A stretch of 64,000 nt of DNA from Eledone cirrhosa. Taxonomy: Eukaryota. The notes under the pieces were generated by a model that saw nothing but the letters and a program-made list of their open reading frames with translations, had not been told where the DNA came from and made no database searches. Positions 51,496 through 62,897 of this stretch are shown in pieces (within the stretch, counting starts at the first letter, position 1; every line of letters starts with the position of its first letter). The DNA lies in NCBI GenBank assembly GCA_964016885.1, contig OZ024750.1, positions 34,782,001 to 34,846,000 of the forward strand, given 5' to 3'. The position numbers were made by a program, and so were the translations under genes.

Positions 51496-51860
51496 CAGAG
51501 GAGAACTTCCTGGATGCAAACCCATGGATAATGACCACCATTCCTTCCACTATAAACAGTAAAACGTTAAGATAACTGAACATTAAAAAATAAAAGACCA
51601 GGTCAAACTTTCACATCTAAAAACAAGAAATAATATTTAAAAAATGAAGAAAATTTTTTGAAATGCAGTGCAATGAAAACTATAATTTTTATTGTTTGAT
51701 AGATATTGACAGAATAGCTAATGACATAGGAAACAAAAGATAATTTGCTTGATATACAATCAAATATATAGTTATATATAACATTTGGAAACAGCTCCAC
51801 ATAACAAACAAATATATAGTTATATATAACATTTGGAAACAGCTCCACATAACAAACAAA

Positions 51861-52306
51861 TCATCATCATCATCATCATCATCACTTTACGTCCGATTTT
51901 CCCTGCTTGCAAGGGTGGGATGTGAACTGATTCTGGCTTGATTTCTACAGCTGGATGCCTTTCCTAACACCAACCTCATTTACAGTGAGTGGTGGGTGCT
52001 TTTTTGCCGTGGCACCTCCACGAACACTTTGCAGTGTGGGCTGGGTGCTTTTTTTCGGTGGCACCTCCATGACCACTTTGCAGTGTGGGCTGGGTGTTTT
52101 TTTGCCGTGGCACCTCCACTACCACTTTGCAGTAGAATGATAGAGACCCCAGTCCTATCATCTCATTTCTACAGCTGAGTAAACTGGAGCAATGTGAAAT
52201 AAGGTGTCTTTCTCAAGGAAACAACACATCACCCGGTCTGAGAATTGAACTCATAACCTTTTGATTGCAAGCCCAATGCTCTAACCACTAAGCCATGTGC
52301 CTCCAT
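51861..52306 (-). mobile_element. SINE family B with an internal triplication
   Basis: GGGTGCTTTTTTGCCGTGGCACCTCC unit x3. Confidence 0.9.
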
Positions 52307-52489
52307 ATAGTTATATATAACATTTGAAAACACCTCCACATAACAAACAAATATTTAGTTACATATAACATTTGGAAAACACCTCCACAACTAGAACAAC
52401 AATAAAAGTATGAACAGTTAAGTAAAACTGAGAATAAAAGAAAACAAAGTACATATGAAATAGTTGTTTGCTAGAGACACATAGATTAA

Positions 52490-52699
52490 CCCTGGAGGAT
52501 TCACATTACTCTATATATACTATTGTATTTTCATGGTAAATGCTTTATCTCACAAAATTATCTCACATAATATCGAATTTATGAGATTTTGAAAGTATTT
52601 ATTTTGAGAACAATACCTTAACATCAGTTTGAGTGACCAGTTACAGCCAGTTTCAACAGAAATAGGTAGAGAATTCTGGCCGGTTTGAACATTAAAGGG
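52490..52699. mobile_element. piggyBac-like MITE
   Basis: TTAA flanks, degenerate left TIR. Confidence 0.75.
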
Positions 52700-53499
52700 T
52701 TAACAGCAGATATTAGTTGGGGTAGAAAAACTGAATAAGGAACAGTTTATTATTGTTATTAAGGAGCGGTGGATTGGCAGTACCGATAGAGCATTGGACA
52801 ACATGCTTTGTGGCATGGAGTTATGGCCCTTTAATTTTTTAGTTCAAATTCCACCGAGGTAATGCCTTTCATCCTTATGGGAGTTCTTTAAAATAAAGTA
52901 CCAGTCATGCACTGGGGTCGATTTAATTGACTTTCCCCATCCCCCAAAATATTTCCTGGCCTTGTGCCTAAATCAGAAACCATTTTCATTCTTTTATTAT
53001 TATATAAAAATAGCTTCATTTACTAACTTTTATTGAAATTTCTCCTTCAGCCTTTAGCTTGAGTATATTGGAGAAAAAGAAATAGTAAAACATAGTTAGT
53101 GGTGGAGTGGTGGAGATTATTGTAATAGTGGAGATTAGTGGAGTGGTGGAGATTATTGTAGAAATGGTACATCTTTTGTTTGATATTTTTCTATTGTTAC
53201 GTTACATATTAATAAAATATATTCAATGTTAATAGTTAAGGTTTTTTTTTTTTCCCTCAATATTTTTCCGTTTTTTTTTTTTTCTAGAGAATATATGAAA
53301 ATATTCTACGTGGCTGAGTTTTGTTATTTACCACTCAAAGAACATTGGTAGCAAAAACCTAATGAAGAAGAAGTGGGAAGAAGAACATTAAATATTCCTT
53401 TCTTACTTCTTCTTCTAGACTGAAGTCTGAGAAATAGATTTTACTAAAAGCTATGAGGTTGTAGCCTAGTCAAGTAATTTTTCATTTTGGCAAACCTTC

Positions 53500-54605
53500 C
53501 TTCATTCTCTCACTCTCACTCTCTCTTGCTTTCACTCTCTCTCTCTTGCTTTTACTCTCTCTCTCTCTCTTGCTTTCACTCACTCTCTCTCTTGCTTTCA
53601 CTCACTCTCAAACATCCACCACTAACACACACACTCACTCTCACACATCCAGCACTAACACACACTCACTCACTCTCACACATCCACCACTAACACACTC
53701 ACACTCACTCTCAAACATACACACACACACTCTCACACATCCACCACTAACACACACACACTCACTCTCACACATCCACCACTAACAAACACTCACTCTC
53801 ACATATCCACCACTAACACACACACACTCACTCTCACACATCCACCACTAACACACACACACACACACACTCACTCTCACACATCCACCACTAACACACA
53901 TACACTCACTCTCACACATCCACCACTAACACACACTCACTCTCACACATCCACCACTAACACACACTCACACACTCTCACACATCCACCACTAACACAC
54001 ACACACTCACTCTCACACACACACACTCACTCTCACACATCCACCACTAACACACACTCACACATCCACCACTAACACACACACACTCACTCTCACACAT
54101 CCACCACTAACACACACTCACTCTCAGACATCCACCACTAACACACACTCACTCTCACACATCCACCACTAACACACACACACTCACTCTCACACATCCA
54201 CCACTAACACACTCACTCTCATACTCACTCTTTCACATCCACCACTAACACACACTCACTCTCTCACACACACACATCCACCACTAACACACTCACTCTC
54301 TCAGATCCACCACTAACACACCCACTCTCTCACACACACCACTAACACACTCTCTCACACACACACACACACACACATCCACCACTCACTCTCTCACATC
54401 CACCACTAACACACTCACTCTCACACACACATCCACCACTAACACACTCACTCTCTCACACACACACCACTAACACACTCACTCTCTCACACACACCACT
54501 AACACACACACTCTCTCACATACACACACATCAGTAACACACACTCTCTCACACACACCACTAACACACACACACATCACTAACATACACTCTCTCACAC
54601 ACAGC
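53500..54605. repeat. CA/CT-rich compound minisatellite (CACTCACTCTCACACATCCACCACTAACA)
   Basis: Direct reading. Confidence 0.92.
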
Positions 54606-54812
54606 GCTAACACGTATGGATGAGGGATGGTGGGAGGGTGCTGTTATAATTTGTTGTTTTAATATTTGGAAGGGAATTGACAATAATTCAATGGGAGGGA
54701 ACATAATAATGCCACTGATGATGTCACAGGTGTGTGATGAAAGAACTCTGAGAGACTATAGTTATATCTATATTTTTAACTGTTGGTCAATCAATGATAA
54801 ACATTGATTACA

Positions 54813-55198
54813 AAAGGCCAGCAATTACCCAGTACATTACTGGTACTTTATTTTATCGACCCCGTAAGGATGAAAGGCAAAGTTAACCTCGGCGGGATTT
54901 GAACTCAGACCGTAAATGGGCGTAACTCCATGCTGCAAACATGGCGTCCGACTTTCTACCGATACTGCCAATCCACCATCCTATAATAATAGTTTCTTAT
55001 ATAGGCACAAGGCCAGCAATTTTGGGGGAGGGGAAAGTCGATTAAATTGACTCCAGTGTGTGACTGGTACTGTATTTTATTGACCCCATAAGGATGAAAG
55101 GCAAAGTTAACCTTGGCGGGATTTGAACTCAAATCATAAAGGGCTGTAACTCTATGTTGCGAAACATGGCGTCCGACCCTCTACCAATACTGCCAATA
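54813..55198 (-). mobile_element. Two family A SINEs
   Basis: Direct match to family A. Confidence 0.85.
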
Positions 55199-55740
55199 AT
55201 AATAACAGGTCAGTCAGGAATGATAGAAGTAGGTCATTGAATAATAATAGGTTGTTAAGGAATAATAGATGTAGGTCACTGAATAATATTAGGTCAGTCA
55301 GGAATGACAGAAGTAGGTCACTGAATAATAATAGGTTAAGCGACGATAGATGTAGGTCAGTGAATAATAATAGGTTGTTAAGGAATGATAAATGTAGGTC
55401 ACTGAATAATAATAGGTCAGTCAGGAATGACAGAAGTAGGTTACTGAATAATAATAGGTCAATAGGGACGATATATGTAGGTCACTGAATAATAATAGGT
55501 TGTTAAGGAAGGATAGAAGTAGGTCACTGAATAATAATAGGTTGTTAAGGAAGGATAGAAGTAGGTCACTGAATAATAATATGCCAATAGGGGAATGATA
55601 GAAGTAGGTCACTGAATAATAATAGGTCAGTCAGGAATGACAGAACTAGGTCACCAAATGATAATAGGTCAATGGGGACAATATATGTAGGTCACTGAAT
55701 AATAATAGGTCAATAGGGAATGATAGAAGTAGGTCACAAA
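55198..55740. repeat. ~42-bp degenerate tandem repeat (AATAATAGGTCAGTCAGGAATGATAGAAGTAGGTCACTGAAT)
   Basis: About 13 units. Confidence 0.9.
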
Positions 55741-55806
55741 ATAATTAGTAGACTCATTGTGCGTGGAAGACGTGTCGATATATATATATATATATAGGAA
55801 AATATT

Positions 55807-55966
55807 TGACCCCGACGGCAGAGCTCAAGCTGTTTTGACGGCTATTTCTGGACCATAACGCACCAGAGAACTCAATACTTAGGGTAGTAGAGTGGGTAAT
55901 AGGAACATGTATGACCCCGACGGCAGAGCTCAAGCCGTTTCGATGGCTATTTCTAGACCCTGATGA
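55807..55966 (-). repeat. 48-bp direct repeat, 105 bp apart, containing hammerhead-like stem III
   Basis: Minus strand GAAACGGC-ttgagctct-GCCGTC-GGGGTCA. Confidence 0.5.
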
Positions 55967-56476
55967 TACCCTGACTATCAATAGTTTCTGCCCCACCATC
56001 TGAACAGATTCAGTTGCAACTGTAATTCACAGTAGTTATGTAATCTTTGTAGACATAACGGACACTGTAGCCTTCATTAGCTGGTGTTCATCCAACCTTA
56101 AAACAGATACGTTATCAATATCACCATATATATATATATATGTGGAGCCCATCACACATACCATGGGTACCATACCCTAGTTATGTCTCTGCCCATCCTA
56201 TGGTAGAAGACACTTGCTCAAATGTTAGTGCAGTGGCATCAAACCTATAGCTGTGTAACTGAAAATCAAACTTCCTAAGTACACAGCCTGTGTCTCTTGC
56301 TTGACATGGGCAACAATACAAGCTAAAGCTGTCCTATTGATTGAACATCTCTGAACCTTCTCTACAATCATTCTCTTCTAATACAAAGCAATTCTATCTG
56401 ACATATATGTCCCAATTATATGAGATTTCTGAAGATATAACATACTTGAGATAGCAAAGCATCTCAGAAATTCCTT

Positions 56477-56518
<42 letters not shown>

Positions 56519-56687
56519 CTCTCGCTCTTCTTTTCTCTCCACTCTCTCCCTCACTCTTTCCTTCCCCTCTATTCTCTCTTTCCCCCTCTCTCCTCTCTCT
56601 CTCACCCCCCTCTATGTTCTACCAATATATAGGCTAGGTTTGAGTTAAAAGAAATGAAAATTAATTCCCTGTTCAACAGAAATCTTG

Positions 56688-56826
56688 TGACTAACCCAAC
56701 TTGGTAATATAGTAGTATATGTAGGATTAGAGTTTACTATTGACTAACCCTACTTGGTAATATAGTAGTATATGTAGGTTTAGAGTTTACTATTGACTAA
56801 CCCTACTTAGTAATATAGTAGTATAT
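56688..56826. repeat. 53-bp tandem repeat interrupted by a SINE (resumes ~57163)
   Basis: Units start at 56688, 56741 and 56794. Confidence 0.85.
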
Positions 56827-57165
56827 GTCTTGCTCAAGGAAACAACACATCACCCGGTCTGAGTTCAATTCTCAGACCGGGTGATGTGTTGTTTCTTTGA
56901 GCAAGACACTTTATTTCACATTGCTCCAGTTTACTCAGCTGTAGAAATGAGATGATAGGACTGGGGTCCCTATCATTCCACTGCAAACTGGTCGTGGAGG
57001 TGTCATGGAAAAAAAACACCCAGCCCACACTGTAAATGAGGTTGGTGTTAGGAAGGGCATCCAGCTGAATCAGTTCCCGTCAGGCAGAATCAGTTCCCGT
57101 CAGGCAGAATCAGTTCCCGTCCACCCTTGCAAGCAGGGAAAAGTGGACGTAAAATGATGATGATG
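56826..57165 (+). mobile_element. 5'-truncated family B SINE with an inverted 5' fold-back
   Basis: 38-bp inverted duplication around TTCAATT. Confidence 0.9.
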
Positions 57166-57449
57166 TAGGGTTAGAGTTTATTATTGATTAACCAAACTTG
57201 GTAATATAGGATTTCGCAACTTTATTGGTCACTCTGCTGTTTAGTTCTCTTTTGATATTGGGCCGTAAAGGGTTGATTTAAGGCATGAATATATATAGTT
57301 ATTTTATCTGTTTATGTATGTGTGTGTGTGCATGTGTGTGTATATGTATGTGTGTGTATGTGTGTATGTATGTGTGTGTATGTATGTATGTATGTACATG
57401 TGTCTGTATGTATAAAGGTATGTATGTATGTATATGTGTATGTGTATGT

Positions 57450-57725
57450 CAGGTTACCAGTTGGTGCTACTGGTAACATGTATCCCAGTACAACCTGTCT
57501 CATGGTCGGGTCGTTGGTGACTAAACTGGCAACCCCACCAAGGTTTCTTGGTGATGAGGGTGACTTTGGACATCCTGCAGGACTAAAAACAAAACCTGTC
57601 AAAGGGCAAAGGAGCTCTTAAGAGTCAATGGCCATCCAAAATCACCGGGTGAGATGACCCCTTAGCCTTCGTCAAGGCAGAATTCTAAGAGAAGGAAAAC
57701 TCTGATATAACACCTGCAACCCTGA
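57450..57725 (+). mobile_element. Probable RTE-type LINE 5' UTR remnant
   Basis: AGAAGGAAAACTCTGA motif, recognised as typical of RTE 5' UTRs. Higher GC than flanks. Confidence 0.4.
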
Positions 57726-58067
57726 TGGTATCCAATGATGTTGACTTGTTCTTCTTTTTGGTAAATATCATCTTGGTTAAGGGAGTGGGACTGGCTTTGA
57801 GCAGTGCCTTTGCTCACTATAAAAGCTCCACGGCACAGGCATTGCTTTATATCTGGAGATCTCTCTGCACTTGTCGTCACATGGTACCATGGGCCCAGCA
57901 CTATGTGTCAATAATTGTCACAAGTGTAGTGTTTATACCAGAGTTTTCAAGTCGCTGGCTGGACTAAAAAGTCACACTCGTTCAGCGCATCGGTAGGGGT
58001 TCTCCTACATGGATATAGAGTAGTGGCCGTACTCAAAAACGAGTTGGCAGCCACCATGTGTATATGT

Positions 58068-58680
58068 ATGTGGTAGTAATGGTGGTGGTGGTGGTGGTGG
58101 TGATGATAGTGATGGTGGTGATGGTGGTGGTGGTGGTGGTGGTGGTGGTGGTGGTGGTGATGATGGTGGTGATGGTGGTGGTGATGGTGGTGGTGGTGGT
58201 GGTGGTGGTGGTGATGATAGTGATGGTAGTAATGATGATGACAATGATGAGGATGAAGGTAGTGGTGGTGCTGATTGTGGTGGTAATGATGGTAGTGGTA
58301 GTGGTGGTGGTGCTGGTGCTGATGGTGGTGATGGTGGTGGTGGGATAATGATGATGGTAGTGGTTGTGGTGATGTTAGTAGTGGTGATGATGGTGATGCT
58401 AATGGTGGTGATGTTAGTGGTGGTGGTGGTGGTGCTGATGGTGGTGATGGTGGTGGTGTGATAATGATGATGGTGATGGTGATGGTGATGGTGATGTTAA
58501 TGGTGGTGATGTTAGTGGTGGTGGTGATGGTGGTGATAGTGGTGGTGTGATAATGATGATGGTAGTGGTGGTGGTGATGGTGATGGGGATGGTGGTGGTG
58601 ATGTTAGTGGTGGTGATGGTGATGGTGATGTTAATGGTGGTGATGTTAGTGGTGGTGGTGGTGATGATGATGTCAGTGGT
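58068..58680. repeat. (GGT/GAT)n compound microsatellite
   Basis: Direct reading. Confidence 0.95.
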
Positions 58681-58726
58681 GGCTCAGTCCAAGGCATTAC
58701 ATTTATTACCTTTCCCTGCCCTCTAT

Positions 58727-59117
58727 AATTGTTTCTTATATAGGCACAAGGCCAGCAATTTTGGGGGGAGGGGAAAGTTGATTAAATCGACTCCAGTACA
58801 TTACTGGTACTTTATTTTATCGACCTCGTAAGGATGAAAGGCAAAGTTAAGCTCGGCGGGATTTGAACTCAGATCATAAAGGGCCGTAACTCTTTGCTTC
58901 AAAGCATGGTGTCCGGCCCTCTACCGATACTGCCAATCCACCGCCCTAACCTGCCCACTATAATAACTGTTTCTACTTTAGGCACAAGGCCAGCAATTAC
59001 CCAGTGTATTACTGGTACTTTATTTTATCGACCTCGTAAGGATGAAAGGCGGGATTTGAACTCAGATCGTAAAGGGACGTAACTATGCTGGAAAGTATGG
59101 CGTCTGACCCTCTACCG
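58727..59117 (-). mobile_element. Two family A SINEs
   Basis: Direct match. The second copy has an internal deletion. Confidence 0.85.
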
Positions 59118-59672
59118 CAACAACAATTCCTTATTTTTCCTCTCATATTTTCCTTATAGTTCTTCCTTACCATAACAACCTGTTTTAGTTTTATTAGTTT
59201 CTACAATTTATCTGCTTCAGGCAGTTTCTTTCATTCATTTTATTTTATTTAGTTTTTTTTTTTTCCTTCGAAAATGTTTTTTTTTTTTTTTTTTTTTTTT
59301 TGTTCATTTGATATTTTATATGACAAGAGTTGTTTTGTCAACATTTACTGATTCTAAAGCTGACAGTTGCTATCAATTTCTTTTTATGTGTGTTTTGCTA
59401 TTATTTCTAAAGAAAATCTGTTATATTTACCTGAATAGCTTTATGAAATTCTCAACAAAAAAAAAAAAAAAAAGCACCAACCCCCTTCCCCCCTACCAAC
59501 CAAACCCCTCCACTCCCACAACCAAACCCTTCCACCCCCACACACCCCATTCTTCTATTTGAAGCAATCGATGTATTGTCTATTTTAATGTAGAGGTTTG
59601 TTGTCAAGACATACTAAAAGGAGGAATACATCTGGAAAAAAACAAAATGAAGGAATATCTCTTTCCTGTTAG

Positions 59673-59744
59673 AACTACAACTACAACTATTACTAGTACT
59701 ACTACTACTACTACAGCTACTACTACTACTACTACAACTACTAG

Positions 59745-59777
<33 letters not shown>

Positions 59778-59850
59778 AACTTCTATTACAACAACTACTA
59801 CAATTACTACTACTACTACAACTACTAGTACTACAACTACTACTACAACA

Positions 59851-59882
<32 letters not shown>

Positions 59883-59972
59883 AACTACTAGTACTACAAC
59901 TACTACTACAACAACTACTACAACTACTACTACTACTACTACTACTGCTACTACTACTATTGCTGCTGCTGC
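59673..59972. repeat. (ACT/ACA)n microsatellite
   Basis: Direct reading. Confidence 0.95.
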
Positions 59973-60413
59973 TTGATAATTGATATAGTTTTGTTGTTTT
60001 ATAGGAATAATAATGTCAGATTTTCTCTTGTAGGTTTTCACTTCCAGTTAAAATCACTTTTCTTTCCTAGTATATCAGCTATTTTATATTTCAATAATCA
60101 TATGTCTTTGACAATATCTTTAATTTAATTATTTTAATGGTAACAACCATAGATACTCTGTAAACAGTTTTAGCTTTTAAAAACTGATAATCATTCATAA
60201 AAAATGTACATAATTTCTATACATTTTCTTTTTTCTTGTTTCTGTTTTCTTTTCTGTTTTTTTTTTTTTTTTTAATCTTTTTTTATTTAAAAATTTTTTT
60301 TGGGATTTGCTTTGTTTTACCTTTGAAATTAGATTTATTAAAATAAAGCAAAGACTGATACATACAATTTCAGATACAAATGTCTTCTTGTTTAGAAAGA
60401 ATTGAAACACGTA

Positions 60414-60414
<1 letters not shown>

Positions 60415-60444
<30 letters not shown>

Positions 60445-60639
60445 AGTATGTGTGTGTGTATATGTATATAAATATATATATATGTGTGTGTGTATATGTA
60501 TATAAATATATATATATATGTGCATGTATATATATGTATATAAATATATGTATGCATAAATGTATATATATATATATATATATTCATTTATGCATACATA
60601 TATTTATATATATATGTATATAAATATATGTATGCATAA

Positions 60640-60690
<51 letters not shown>

Positions 60691-60743
60691 TTTATGCATA
60701 CATATATTTATATATATATGTATATAAATATATGTATGCATAA

Positions 60744-60784
<41 letters not shown>

Positions 60785-60998
60785 TTTATGCATACATATA
60801 TTTATATATATATGTATATAAATATATGTATGCATAAATGAATATTTATATATATATATATATAAATATTCATTTATGCATACATATATTTATATACATC
60901 TATGTATGCATATATATATATATATGCATACATATATTTATGCATACATATATTTATATAAATATATGTATGCATATATATATGCATATATATATGCA

Positions 60999-61036
<38 letters not shown>

Positions 61037-61058
61037 AATATATACATATATATATATT
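60415..61058. repeat. (TG)n/(TA)n compound array with alternating inverted units
   Basis: TATGTATGCATAAATG alternates with CATTTATGCATACATA. Confidence 0.9.
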
Positions 61059-61340
61059 GAAAACAAGAAAGAGACAATATAGTCTTTTATAAGAGGAGGT
61101 GGGGAGGAGAGGTGGAGGTGGAGGGGGGGATTGAGATAATTTGGAGGAAATTGGAAAATAAAAGTACAACATTGTACAAGTTACAATAACAACCTACATT
61201 ATATGAAATAAAATTTAAATAAATACATTGAAAATAAATTTAATTACAGTTTTACTAAACTATTCAACTGGGAAAATATTAATTTATGAAATATTTTCAA
61301 AACCTGAAACACTCAAGTTCTGTCTTTTGTCTGTCTATTA

Positions 61341-61439
61341 CAAGTAAAATTCTGTTATAACGAATAAAATTATAAAGAATTTTTCGTTACAACGAATTTT
61401 TTTGTACCCCATGAATTTCGTTATAACGGAATTTCACTG
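61341..61439. mobile_element. pogo/Tigger-like (Tc1-mariner) MITE
   Basis: TA|CAAGTAAAATTCTGTTATAACGAA...TTCGTTATAACGGAATTTCACTG|TA. Confidence 0.75.
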
Positions 61440-61503
61440 TATTCTATAAATTCTAATTAGATGAGCACCAATTGTGCTTTTGATGTCTGATAGTCTCAGA
61501 CTG

Positions 61504-62213
61504 CCAGACATGTGGTGGAATCAATTGAACTAACAATACTTACCCCCTCCCTCCTATAGTACCAGGCATGTGGTGGAATCAATTGAACTAACAATACTTA
61601 CCCCCTCCCTCCTGTAGTACCAGACATGTGGTGGAATCAATTGAACTAACAATACTTACCCCCTCCCCCCTGTAGTACCAGACATGTGGTGGAATCAATT
61701 GAACTAACAATACTTACCCCCTCCCCCCTGTAGTACCAGACATGTGGTGGAATCAATTGAACTAACAATACTTACCCCCTCCCTCCTGTAGTACCAGACA
61801 TGTGGTGGGATCAATTGAACTAACAATACTTACCCCCTCCCTCCTGTAGTACCAGACATGTGGTGGGATCAATTGAACCAACAATACTTACCCCCTCCCC
61901 CCTGTAGTACCAGACATGTGGTGGAATCAATTGAACTAACAATACTTACCCCCTCCCTCCTGTAGTACCAGACATGTGGTGGGATCAATTGAACTAACAA
62001 TACTTACCCCCTCCCTCCTGTAGTACCAGACATGTGGTGGAATCAATTGAACTAACAATACTTACCCCCTCCCCCCTGTAGTACCAGACATGTGGTGGAA
62101 TCAATTGAACTAACAATACTTACCCCCTCCCTCCTGTAGTACCAGACATGTGGTGGGATCAATTGAACTAACAATACTTACCCCCTCCCTCCTGTAGTAC
62201 CAGACATGTGGTG
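61504..62213. repeat. 58-bp minisatellite x12
   Basis: CCAGACATGTGGTGGAATCAATTGAACTAACAATACTTACCCCCTCCCTCCTGTAGTA with period 58, followed by (GAA)n. Confidence 0.97.
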
Positions 62214-62334
62214 AGAAGAAGAAGAAGAAGAAGAAGAAGAAGAAGAAGAAGAAGAAGATATGATACAAAAATATGAAATAAAAACTGACCAGGAGTTGGA
62301 TTAGACTAACAACACTTCTTGTTTGATATTTTAA

Positions 62335-62897
62335 CCCTTTAACATTTAAACCGGCTGTATCTGGTCAGAATTCCCTCACCTCTTTCTGTTCAAATCAGCT
62401 GTAACTGACCACTCATACTTATATTAAGGCATTGTTCTCAAAATAAATAATATTAAAATCTTATAGATTCTATATTATGTGAGATATTTTTGTGAGGTAA
62501 AGCCTTTACTGTGAAAATACAATAGTATATATAGAGTAATGTAAATGTTATGTGAGATAATTTTGTGAGGTAAAGCCTTTACTGTGAAAATACAATAGTA
62601 TATATAGAGTAATGTAAATGTTATGTGAGATATTATGTGAGGTAAAGCCTTTACTGTGAAAATACAATAGTATATATAGAGTAATGTAAATGTTATGTGA
62701 GATATTATGTGAGGTAAAGCCTTTACTGTGAAAATACAATAGTATATATAGAGTAATGTAAATGTTATGTGAGATATTATGTGAGGTAAAGCCTTTACCA
62801 TGAAAATACAATAGTATATATAGAGTAATGTAAATGTTATGTGAGATATTATGTGAGGTAAAGCCTTTACCATGAAAATACAATAGTATATATAGAG
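62335..62897. mobile_element. piggyBac-like MITE with ~6 internal 72-bp units, cut by the Tx1 element
   Basis: TTAA-CCCTTTAACATT left end. Units at 62494, 62567, 62639, 62711, 62783 and 62855. Confidence 0.85.

Noticed and set aside
61504-62213. CRISPR-like regular array (also 39.4-45.1 kb anchor-spacer array)
   Set aside because: No unique spacers, no cas genes, and a eukaryotic context.
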